From Calditrichia bacterium (lineage in GTDB: Bacteria; Calditrichota; Calditrichia; RBG-13-44-9), in the NCBI GenBank assembly GCA_037381445.1, contig JARRQT010000036.1, forward strand, positions 1 to 27,173: a stretch of DNA of 27,173 nt, written 5' to 3'. The notes beneath the pieces were generated by a model, which did not search any database, had not been told where the DNA came from, and saw only the letters and a list, made by a program, of their open reading frames with translations. The position numbers and the translations under genes are program-made. This document shows, in pieces, positions 9,304 to 18,173 of the stretch (the stretch's first letter is position 1; every line of letters begins with the position of its first letter).

Positions 9304-9590
9304 AATATATTTATCAATCCCGGTAGTTTTTATGGAAGCATGAAGCTGCGAAAATGATCCTTTTCCGGCTAATTTATGACAGCCAAATATCCCTGTCAAT
9401 CTATATTTAGCCGGTTTCCCGTTCCTTTTACGGTTTCGATCAGGCCGGCACAAGTTCTATCTTTATGTCCCATAAACAAAAAAATAAATTACAGTGCCCC
9501 TGCAAAAAAACATCCCATAAAGCACTCCATTGAAATAATCTGGCATCAAATCATCATTTGCTCCTAGAACAAATAATGCTTGCGACCATA

Positions 9591-10372
9591 TCAATGGCCG
9601 GCAAAAACCTGGTACCAAATGCGGATTCCCGCCATTGCTATAAGGAGATGAATTCCAATTCTAAAATATCGCGTCTTAATCATGCAACTCACATGCGCAC
9701 CCAGTTGGGCGCCCGGGAAAGCCCCTGCCACCAGTGCGGCGGCCAACATCCAGGGTATCTGACCGGTTATTTCCTTACCGGCAAGGCCAGCCAGGGCGCT
9801 AAGGAAAACGATTCCCAGATTACTTCCGATCGCAAAACGCGTGGGAATATGAAACAGGTGAATCATGAGACCGGAATGAGAATAATTCCGGCGCCCAGTC
9901 CGGCAATTCCTGAAATAATTCCTACCGTCAGCCCGGTCAGGAGTGCCGCCAGGCGGTTGAAGCTAATATCCGCAGAAGAGGCGTCAACTTCCGACCTGTT
10001 GTTAATTGAGAGAAATATTGGGGCAGTCGCAAAAACCGTCATGGCGCCAAAGATAGCCAGAATGATTTTTGAGGGCAGATAATCAGAAATGAATCCCCCG
10101 AGAAAAGCGCCGCAAAATATGCCGCCTCCCATAAAAATGATGATTTTATAATTCACGTATTTATGATGGAGGTGATGAAGCAAACCAGATGATGAAGCAG
10201 CCAGAACGTAGACAACTGAAATGGCCGCTGTTTGTTGCGCAGATAGAGATTGTCCTGTGACCAGCGGAGGAATGTAAAGGAGAAGCGGAATCATAAATAC
10301 CGCCCCTCCCAATCCCAGCAAACCTGCAACAAAGCCACCGAAAAAACCCAGCAGAAGAAGAAGCAATTCCAT
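9591..10372 (-). pseudogene. TauE/SafE (TSUP) family permease split by a frameshift near 9866
   Basis: ORF 9863-10372 (GLLGLGGAVFMIP...GIAGLGAGIILIP) and ORF 9591-9866 (AIGSNL...GAFPGAQLGA) are consecutive parts of one TSUP protein. The junction reads ATT CCG GTC TC ATG ATT. Confidence 0.85.
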
Positions 10373-10744
10373 ATCAGCCTGCTTGCTCGGATTCGTTCAT
10401 TTTAGCATATTACCGAAAATTTCTATTTCTTATAACATTTTCAACATCATAGTACCGCCTGTCAAAATGACATCTCCCGCCCCGCTTCTTCGCCCAAGTC
10501 TAAATGGAAAATATCACCAAATACCGGAATCATCTGGCAGGCATAAAACCATACTTCCGATAGATTTCCTGCCCTTTTTTGCTCTTGAGGAAATTTAGAA
10601 AATATTTAGCTCCCTGCCGTCATGATGCGAATAAGGGTCTGCCGATGGTGAATGTGTGTTAAAAAAGTGGTGCCCGACTTCACTTTCGTATCCAGAATTT
10701 CATTGGACAATTCATCACCACCCGCCTTTTTATAGGCACTAATG

Positions 10745-11435
10745 AGTCGTCCCTGAACAACTATTTAAAGCCATATATAATAATAACTTGTAATAAGGTT
10801 TGTCCCGTACTATATTGCAGGAAAACGAGAATGCGGCTTAAAAAACTGGTGATTTATGACTCCCAAAAAACACAATGAAGTGCCCCGGCCATTTCAATCC
10901 CGTCTGGATCAAATCTTAAATATGAAGCACCCCTTATGTATCCTGGCCCAGCAGATAGAGTGGGAATATTTTGAAAAGGAATTCGGGCCTTTTTATTCGG
11001 AAAGCCAGGGCAGCCCAGGAAAGCCTATGTGGACCTTGGGTACCGGGGGCATGGATATGAGGGAGACACAGAGATCCGGGTTGTCAATTACAGAACAATG
11101 AAGCGTATGAACCGCTCGGTGCGAAGATGGATGAAGCGCAGATCAGCCATTGAGCCGATCTTTGGCCATCTCAAATCAGGAAATCGCTTGAACCGCAATT
11201 ATCTGAAGGGTGAAGAGGGGGACAGAATAAATGCCTTACTGGCTGGATGCGGATATAATTTCCGTGGGAATCCATCCCTATGGGAAAAGCTCTTGAGAGC
11301 TTTCTTTTTGCCTTTAATTATTCGCACTCTTATGGAAAAATTACGCCTGCTGCTCTCAAATTATGAACAAAAAGCTTTCCTGATTTAGACCGTCCTAAAT
11401 CTCCAGACACAAAACAGACTTTTTCAGGGACGACT
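10745..11435 (+). mobile_element. IS5-family insertion sequence, internally deleted (about 690 bp), terminal IRs intact
   Basis: Perfect 13-bp inverted repeats AGTCGTCCCTGAA (10745-10757) and TTCAGGGACGACT (11423-11435) enclose transposase fragments. Confidence 0.9.
10856..11388 (+). pseudogene. IS5-family transposase remnant (N-terminus joined out of frame to C-terminus)
   Basis: N-terminal part RLDQILNMKHPLCILAQQIEWEYFEKEF...G.PGKP. C-terminal part YVDLGYRGH...KRRSAIEPIFGHLK..NRL.RNYLKG..GD.INALLAGCGYNFR. The central region is missing. Confidence 0.9.
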
Positions 11436-11474
11436 AATTTTTGTCCAGCCGATAGAAGAATCCGAGCAACAACC

Positions 11475-12587
11475 TTAGGCAATACTATGGGCAAAATCCC
11501 TGGGAAGGATACCGAATCGCCGGTAAAAGCATTTGGAGAAATACGATGGATTGTTAAATCCGGTTTCCAATGCGATTTGAGCGATATTGTCCTGCTGTCT
11601 TTCAATTAATTCCAACGCCTTGTTTAATTTATATTCTTTCAGAAATTCCGAGGGCGAATATCCCGTTAAGGCAGTGGTATGCCGATATAGTTGTGACTTG
11701 CTCAAACCCATCTGGCTGTTGAAATCACCTAATTTAAATCCTGACTGATTCCAGGCTTTTTCGGCGATGCTCATCAAACGGCCCAAAAATTTTTCCTCCA
11801 TCGGATTCAAAGTTTTGACTATTCCTTCACCCGATAAGAGTTCCGATTTTTCCTTCTTATATTTGTCTCCTACCACCGAGGACATCAGTATCTGACCCTT
11901 GCCGGCCACGTAGGCCAATCGCTTGGCAAACAGAATTGCATCTCCAAAAAACTCATCCTTATCGGTAACTGGATTACCTGCACTTAAACCAATAGCCACA
12001 TCAATAGGCGGACAAGATTTTTGGCGGTTTTGTTTTCTGAAATGCTCTTGTATGTCCAGCGTGCATTTAACGGCATTGCTTGTCGAAATGAAGGAAGCCA
12101 AGATAGTTTCTCCTGTATACTCCACTTCCCGGCCTTCGTATTTCTCAATTGCCTGTTCAATCGATTCATTGCATAGTTTTAATAGACCAGCACTTTCGGT
12201 GTTTCCGAGTTTTGATTTTAACAGGGCTGTGTCCTTTAAATTGATAACCATTATTGCCCGAAATGCCGGGCCGATTAACTTAAGCAACTCGATTTCATCC
12301 CTGGCCTCGGGATCTTTAATTCTGCCTAAAAAAGCTTCCACAATATTAAATTGCACTTTGATGATTTGATTGGGTATATCGCCATGGGCCTCATTATGCC
12401 ACGAGACCACTGCTTCTTCATCCGGCGCCTCAATCAAACAAAATACATTTCCCCTTTCAGCATCAAACCAGTAGGTAAAGGCCTTGCAATTATACTTATG
12501 CTGAATCTTGATGTCCTTTTTGTGTGCCTCTGCGGCATCTATTTCAGTTATTCCCGGGGAATCATGACGATCCATGAAAATAGGCAT
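11475..12587 (-). CDS. DUF4242 (SCO4226-like) + degenerate class III nucleotidyl cyclase domain + AraC HTH transcriptional regulator
   Basis: N-terminus MPIFMDRH...AH.KD...Y...YWFD..RG.VFCLIEAP..EAV...H.EAHG. Middle region G.EV..TGE..LASF, IGLSAG.PV, FFG....A.RL, GQIL. C-terminus MGLSKSQLYR and IAQIALETGFNNPSYFSKCF..RFG..P. Confidence 0.88.
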   Translation of the reverse strand: MPIFMDRHDSPGITEIDAAEAHKKDIKIQHKYNCKAFTYWFDAERGNVFCLIEAPDEEAVVSWHNEAHGDIPNQIIKVQFNIVEAFLGRIKDPEARDEIELLKLIGPAFRAIMVINLKDTALLKSKLGNTESAGLLKLCNESIEQAIEKYEGREVEYTGETILASFISTSNAVKCTLDIQEHFRKQNRQKSCPPIDVAIGLSAGNPVTDKDEFFGDAILFAKRLAYVAGKGQILMSSVVGDKYKKEKSELLSGEGIVKTLNPMEEKFLGRLMSIAEKAWNQSGFKLGDFNSQMGLSKSQLYRHTTALTGYSPSEFLKEYKLNKALELIERQQDNIAQIALETGFNNPSYFSKCFYRRFGILPRDFAHSIA

Positions 12588-12754
12588 CGTTTTCTCCTTT
12601 CAATCTTCAGGAAAGGGAATTACATCCCGATCTATTTGAAATGTTGATGTTCAAAAACTTTATTTTGCTATACGAATGAAAGATAAGTCCATTTCCTTGA
12701 AATAGCAAATTTTACCTTCCCCATCTGTTTATTCATTGTTGCTTAAAATTCGAA

Positions 12755-12780
12755 GAAGCCTTCCCATGTGGAAAGGCTTC
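12755..12780 (-). terminator. Likely intrinsic terminator after the 195-aa lipoprotein gene
   Basis: Minus strand GAAGCCTTTCCA-CA-TGGGAAGGCTTC followed by TTCGAATTTT. Confidence 0.6.
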
Positions 12781-12823
12781 CCAATATTAAGACGATTGGT
12801 GAGTAGTCTGCACCAGCATACCA

Positions 12824-13411
12824 TTAGGGCAACAGCGCCGGATTAAGTTCCGCAAACATACCATCTTTATTATGCAGCCAGATCCAGGCGTGTAGTGTCC
12901 AGAAATTACCGACATCGTTCCACTCCCATTCATCCATCTCGCCGGTAAAGCCTTCCGGTGGTGTCCCCCCAGCCTGCGGTCCCGGAGTCGCCACCAGATA
13001 TTCAACGGCTACCAGTTTTTGGTGACCACTATTACCTACTGAATTGAAAACCAGGGCTTCCGGTTTGTCCACCTCAAACTGACCATCGACCAGAGACCCA
13101 TTGACATAATGGTCGCCCATGCCCGGAACGAAATAATTGATATTGCCATAACCGGCAGCCATGGCACTATCCAGATTATGGTATACCGCCGTTGCACTGC
13201 GAGCGGTGGCCAACTCCTTTAACAGCGTCCGGCTAAATCCGGACTCGAGCGTCAGAGTTGACTTGCTTGGGCTGGATTCTCCCTCTATTTTCTGAACGGG
13301 AGAAATCGGTGCCTCGGATTGACAACCAAACAGAAACAGCAACACCACAACTGATAGAAAAACAGGGGCGGCTTGTCGCACTCCCCAGTGAACTTCTTTA
13401 TATAAATACAT
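12824..13411 (-). CDS. Uncharacterised lipoprotein (GMG.HY / PEAL / LVAVEY / LHAW.W..N..G.FA..NP family)
   Basis: Hydrophobic signal with lipobox LFGC and GGAGG RBS. The C-terminal domain carries conserved-looking His/Glu/Trp motifs seen in an uncharacterised secreted protein family (by eye). Confidence 0.8.
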   Translation of the reverse strand: MYLYKEVHWGVRQAAPVFLSVVVLLFLFGCQSEAPISPVQKIEGESSPSKSTLTLESGFSRTLLKELATARSATAVYHNLDSAMAAGYGNINYFVPGMGDHYVNGSLVDGQFEVDKPEALVFNSVGNSGHQKLVAVEYLVATPGPQAGGTPPEGFTGEMDEWEWNDVGNFWTLHAWIWLHNKDGMFAELNPALLP

Positions 13412-13533
13412 GATGATACCTCCGTATTGTGAATGATATGATGAGTTAATTAGGTTAGAGTCCTCATGGATAATGAGTACCCTAACACTTGGCTTGAACG
13501 ATAATGCGTTCGAATAATCTCTTGGTGGTCACG

Positions 13534-13887
13534 TTATTCGCCCTGTTCCACTTCAATAATTTCATCCGGAACCATACCATGGGCTTCGCGATGAACGGCA
13601 ATGGCCGCCTCCTTGCTGGGAGCCTCGGAGAGACAATACACCGTTCCCTCATCTTCGTTGTACCAGTATTTCAGATATTTAACCCCGTACTTATCCTCTA
13701 CCTCCAGATCCTTTTTGTGGGCGTTAGCCACTGCTTCTGCGGTTAGACCTTCCAGATTTTTATGCATATCCAGATACAGATGCTTACCTGCGCTGGCCTG
13801 GGCGGATTCTGTTTCCTTACCGCAGCCCAACATTACCAGGGCTGCCAAGAACGCCCCAATCAATAGCCAATCTATTTTATGACTCAT
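13534..13887 (-). CDS. Lipoprotein with DUF4242 (SCO4226-like, His-rich) domain
   Basis: Lipobox MLGC followed by YLDMH...AVANAHKKDLEVEDKYGVKYLKYWYNEDEGTVYCLSEAPSKEAAIAVHREAHG, clearly homologous to the N-terminus of 11475-12587. GGAGGAG RBS. Confidence 0.88.
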   Translation of the reverse strand: MSHKIDWLLIGAFLAALVMLGCGKETESAQASAGKHLYLDMHKNLEGLTAEAVANAHKKDLEVEDKYGVKYLKYWYNEDEGTVYCLSEAPSKEAAIAVHREAHGMVPDEIIEVEQGE

Positions 13888-13929
13888 GATGACTCCTCCA
13901 ATTAATATGTTAGATCTATGCTTCTTACT

Positions 13930-13995
13930 ATTATATAAACATGGCTGGATCGGGAATCTACCACGATTGGTTCAAAGAATAGCAATTTTGGTTCA
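13930..13995 (-). promoter_or_regulatory. Candidate AraC-activated promoter: TATAAT -10 and two direct-repeat half-sites at 21-bp period
   Basis: Minus strand TGAACCAAAATTGCTAT (13995-13979) and TGAACCAATCGTGGTAG (13974-13958), 12 of 17 identical. TATAAT at 13935-13930. The -35 position is non-consensus (GATTCC). Confidence 0.6.
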
Positions 13996-14637
13996 TTGGT
14001 GGTATGAGACGAACAATTTTCCAGAAAGGGACTTAAACTGCGCTCTGTACTGATTTGCATCAGAGAACGCAAAAACATTTCCTGAAATAATTTGAGAGAC
14101 AGGAAAAATTTAATACATCCTGTTTCCGGGGCTTTCCGGAATCTATTTTCTTGTCAAGTTTAAATCAGCCAGACGGCTTTTTCCAATCCGAATTTCTTAA
14201 TAAATTCCGAAAACGGATCGCCTGTCAAATTTAGTGATTGCCAACAGAATTGGGATTTACTCATCCCAATTTATTGAACAGATCGTCGACAGCCGATCCA
14301 TGCCTATTCCAGGAATTTTTAATTGTATCAAACAATCAGTGGGGCATGTTTCTTCCAGAGAGGTTAAAGTTATAACAATATTCTTTTGGTCAAATTAGCT
14401 GAAATGCGCCTATATATTTATTTTCGGATAATTTATTTGGAAGCCATTTCAGCACAGGTTTGAATCATTGCATCTGTAAATGAAATGGAAATAAGATAGA
14501 TTTCAATTATCCTCCATCCAGGCAAATACAATGATACCAGTCTAACTCCCTGTCCGGGGAGTCATACTCACCCCATGTTACTTCGAAGTATATTTGGAAA
14601 AATCTGGCGGGATATTTGGATAAAGCAGCTATACATC

Positions 14638-14673
14638 GCTTGTCCCGCGGCCTTAATTTGCTGCGGGACAAGC
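14638..14673. terminator. Strong hairpin downstream of the secreted propeller gene
   Basis: GCTTGTCCCGCGGC-CTTAATTT-GCTGCGGGACAAGC, a 14-bp stem with one imperfect position. There is no clear U-tract on the minus strand. Confidence 0.6.
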
Positions 14674-14712
14674 AATTAATTCATCACCATCTGTAATGCG
14701 TATCGTCTGAGA

Positions 14713-16707
14713 CTATTTGATCATCATCATCTTCTTCATCTGTTTATACTCACCTGCTTCAATCTGATAGAAGTAAATACCACTGGGAAGCGATATGCCG
14801 TTATTGTCTCTTCCATTCCAGGCGACAGTATGTTCTCCGGCCTCATAATAGTCGTTCGCGAGCGTTTTTACCTCCTGACCCAGGGTATTATAGACAATCA
14901 AACTCACCTGGCTGGCGCCGGGAAGCCGGAAACGAATGTCGGTTGAGGGGTTAAATGGGTTGGGATAGTTTTGCGCCAGTTCGAAGGTGGCGGGGGCAAG
15001 CGTTAGCACTGATGCTGCAATATCCTCTTTGGGAACCGGCAGACCAAAACTTTTTACCTTCGCAAACGCGACACTGGGTACATATCGTTCATTCACCGCA
15101 GGCCCGGGATCAATATCATACAAAACGCTCTGCGCCCAACTGGCGTAAACCATATTTAAAAAGCTGACGCTGAAAATATAATCACCAAAATTCGGGATAA
15201 TATTGGTGGCTGCAATCGACCAGTTGGAAGTCTCTTCGTTCAGACGGACCGGCTCCAGGAATGTCTTTCCGCCATCAAGCGACTCTGCCCAGTAAACATC
15301 CACCAGCGACTGATATGAGGAATGCCGCCTGTAGGGAGAGCCGACAGAGATATTGGTTGCCAACGGATTTGGCGGCTGAGGCTGATATTCGGTATCCTGA
15401 TAATAGAAGATGTCCACGTTTCCGCTTGGCTGGACGCTGACCACCGGCCAGAACTGGTCTTTTCCGTCACCGGGTGTTGCGCTGCTGACGAGGGTCGGCT
15501 CGCTCCAGGTGTTTCCATGGTCATCCGAATAGGAGACATAAATATCACCATCATTCACGCCTCCGGTTGCGAATTCCTCTCCGGTGCTGGTGTTTACGAA
15601 AATCCCGTTGGTGTGAATAAATGGATTATTATTCGCATCCTGAAACGTCACATAGATTCGCCCCTTGTGAATGGAATAATTGTCGACCGCGATACGCGGA
15701 AAGTCATTGCTTCCGGTCCGGTTATAACCCACCGGCGGATAGAGAGCGGTTCCGGTTATATTTTTGATGAGCTGCAGGGAACCAAATGTTTCCCCCTGAT
15801 CAAAAGAAGCCTTGAACAGGATATCCGGCGTGCCTGTGAATCTTCCCCGTTCCCACGTCACATACACTTCCCCATTGGGTCCTACCGCCACCGCCGATCC
15901 CTGCTGTCCAAGCGGATCCGGTTCTTTAACCACTGTCGGGCCCATCCACGTTCTGCCGCCATTGAGCGTGCGGTATAGCTCAATTTGCGAACCGTTTGGC
16001 GTGAAGTTGGTGACGCAGATGTACACCGCGCGACTGGTTAACCGTTTGTCAGCAGCCATGGCTTCCTTATCCAGAAAATCATCCGGACTGGGAGGAGTAA
16101 TAATATCGGGTCTCCCCCAGATCAGCCTGCTGCCCCAAAATATGCCCTTATGAACAATCATTCCAACGCCGGCAAATCCCTGACTTATTGGCCTGGCTGC
16201 AAGATTTGCAAAAAAGAAGGCCGCATTGCCGATATCCCCATTATCCAGCCATGGATCTCCCCGGGGTACAACCGGCAATCCCTCATAAGTGGCCGAAGGC
16301 AGTCCATTACCATCCTGAAAGGTCCTTCCTCCGTCAACGGAATACCCATAGCCGGTAAGACCCTCCAACTCCAGCGGCACCAAAAATCCATCGGCGTCAT
16401 TCCATCCGATTATAACATGCCTTCCTAAGGGTCCCACCGCAATAGTGGTTTCGCTGCGTCCCAGCAGACCGTAAGGCGGCTCATTCGCACTATAAAATTG
16501 CGGACCGCTAACAATTATATTGGGTCCAACCATGGGAGGAAAAATCGGGTTATGCAAAACCGGGACAATATCGGGCATAATATCATCAATTGTCAAGTTT
16601 GCAACGGGAAGGTTAACCGGCCGTTCCATATCCGCGATAATCTGACTGTTGGAAATGCCTATCAATAAACACAAATTTATGATTAAAATAATATAAATAT
16701 TTTTCAT
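14713..16707 (-). CDS. Secreted Asp-box (BNR, sialidase-like) beta-propeller protein with C-terminal FlgD-Ig / secretion sorting domain
   Basis: Signal peptide MKNIYIILIINLCLLIG (ATG 16707, GGGGGAAG upstream). Five Asp-boxes: SVDGGRTF, TLNGGRTW, SFDQGETF, SDDHGNTW, SLDGGKTF. C-terminus LAQNYPNPFNPST...YNTLGQEVKTL...WNG...SGIYFY...KKM. Confidence 0.9.
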   Translation of the reverse strand: MKNIYIILIINLCLLIGISNSQIIADMERPVNLPVANLTIDDIMPDIVPVLHNPIFPPMVGPNIIVSGPQFYSANEPPYGLLGRSETTIAVGPLGRHVIIGWNDADGFLVPLELEGLTGYGYSVDGGRTFQDGNGLPSATYEGLPVVPRGDPWLDNGDIGNAAFFFANLAARPISQGFAGVGMIVHKGIFWGSRLIWGRPDIITPPSPDDFLDKEAMAADKRLTSRAVYICVTNFTPNGSQIELYRTLNGGRTWMGPTVVKEPDPLGQQGSAVAVGPNGEVYVTWERGRFTGTPDILFKASFDQGETFGSLQLIKNITGTALYPPVGYNRTGSNDFPRIAVDNYSIHKGRIYVTFQDANNNPFIHTNGIFVNTSTGEEFATGGVNDGDIYVSYSDDHGNTWSEPTLVSSATPGDGKDQFWPVVSVQPSGNVDIFYYQDTEYQPQPPNPLATNISVGSPYRRHSSYQSLVDVYWAESLDGGKTFLEPVRLNEETSNWSIAATNIIPNFGDYIFSVSFLNMVYASWAQSVLYDIDPGPAVNERYVPSVAFAKVKSFGLPVPKEDIAASVLTLAPATFELAQNYPNPFNPSTDIRFRLPGASQVSLIVYNTLGQEVKTLANDYYEAGEHTVAWNGRDNNGISLPSGIYFYQIEAGEYKQMKKMMMIK

Positions 16708-17423
16708 AACTTCCCCCATTCATCATCCTAAAATTATTCTGGTGAAACGGAATCCTTTCATCTGTTTAATATTCCTTTTGGCTTATTTCAAAGACATATA
16801 ATGGCAATTAATTCAGTATCCCGGATTTGTTGAATCCGTAAATATTGGTTTCATGTGGAATTTGAATTGATAATTTATTTTCTACAGGTATGGAGGACTT
16901 TTATTTAGAGGAATAGATTCCACAGTTTGACCCTCTTTTGAGAAAGGGATTGGCTTCATAGGGGATAAATAGAAAAAACAATCAGGAGAACTGATCAAAC
17001 AGCTTTGGTCTTATGGCCCCTGAAAGCGCTCGGAATATGTTTTAAAAAAGAAAAAATGAGCAGGAAGCTGAATCAGATATATATGAAAAAATGAATAGGA
17101 TTAGCCGCTATGTGAAAAATAGCTACGCCGAACATTATTAAATATTTAGTGCCAAAACAAACAAATTAATATAATTATACAAAAATAAAACAATATTTTC
17201 AAGACCTAACCGGGCCACATTGCATATATTTTCCATATTGTTCAAAAATTGATACCCCAATATCAAGAAAATCAGCCACTTTGATGAATAAATTTTTTTA
17301 TGAAGGTATTTATCTTTATGAGAAGGGATTATAGACAGCATAACTAATTGCGAGGGAGGAAATCCAAATCATCGCCCTAGGTTTTTGCAGCGCTTAAAAA
17401 AAGATTTTTGGGAGAAAAAGGAT

Positions 17424-18143
17424 TTAAGACATTCTGCTATTCTTTAGCTCCTGCCACCATTTTTTCACCACACCGGATTTTCCGTACCAATCTTCATCCG
17501 TGAAACTATAGTGCTTTACTCTTTCCAAAATGATCATCATCGAGCCATTCAAAAGCGCTGAAGCAAGAGGGACGACCCCATCTCCCCACTCCTTCCCATC
17601 GCCGGTGAGATATTTATAAATCGAATATCTCACTCTCACTTCCGGCGAACCATGGGGATTTCCAAAAAGGGATTTTCCGGCAATGGAAAAATATTTTACC
17701 TCCGGGGAAAAATATGCACCCGGATACTTCTCCTCTACCCAGCGCCGGAGAAAGGCCCCCTTTTTGTTGTAATGGGGGCTCCCTAAAGTAATGATCTGGT
17801 CGACATAATCTAATCCATGATATGCCCGTTTTTGAAATGGTTGGGGACTTAAATACAAGCGGGAAATCACCCCCCCGGCACTGTGCCCAACTACAGTTAC
17901 TTTGCCGGTTTTCGATCGCTCCAGAGCGCGACGGACCATTTTATCGAGCTTAATGAGGATGCGGCTCCAGCCTGTTTTTGAAACCGCCAGAAACCACTCC
18001 CAGGGCTGCACACCGACGATAAAAACCGGCTGACCGGTGAGTTCATGCAGGGTTGTTTTCATTTCCGAATATAAGCCCGGTGCTGAAAAAAGTCCTCCCA
18101 AAATCACAACAGGCTGATTGTCATGAAAAGCGGCTGAATTCAT
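17424..18143 (-). CDS. Alpha/beta hydrolase, lipase/esterase (PGAP1-like)
   Basis: VGHSAGG nucleophile elbow, ITLGSPH, WGDGVVP (Asp) and VKHYS (His). No signal peptide. Confidence 0.88.
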   Translation of the reverse strand: MNSAAFHDNQPVVILGGLFSAPGLYSEMKTTLHELTGQPVFIVGVQPWEWFLAVSKTGWSRILIKLDKMVRRALERSKTGKVTVVGHSAGGVISRLYLSPQPFQKRAYHGLDYVDQIITLGSPHYNKKGAFLRRWVEEKYPGAYFSPEVKYFSIAGKSLFGNPHGSPEVRVRYSIYKYLTGDGKEWGDGVVPLASALLNGSMMIILERVKHYSFTDEDWYGKSGVVKKWWQELKNSRMS

Positions 18144-18173
18144 TCGAACTTTAAAATATTATGATGAAACCGG

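Noticed and set aside
10600..10744. Possible gene fragment interrupted by the IS (..GWTKIISAYKKAGGDELSNEILDTKVK.. when flanks are joined)
   Set aside because: Short, no recognisable family, and dependent on an uncertain target duplication (TGA vs TAA).
10383..11469. 12-bp inverted match TTGCTCGGATTC (10383-10394) / GAATCCGAGCAA (11458-11469) bracketing the IS
   Set aside because: Several 12-bp matches are expected by chance in 27 kb, and there is no target duplication or other support.
16720..17420. A-rich quasi-repeats (GAAAAAATGA) as a CRISPR or iteron array
   Set aside because: Low complexity, irregular spacing, too short, and no cas genes.
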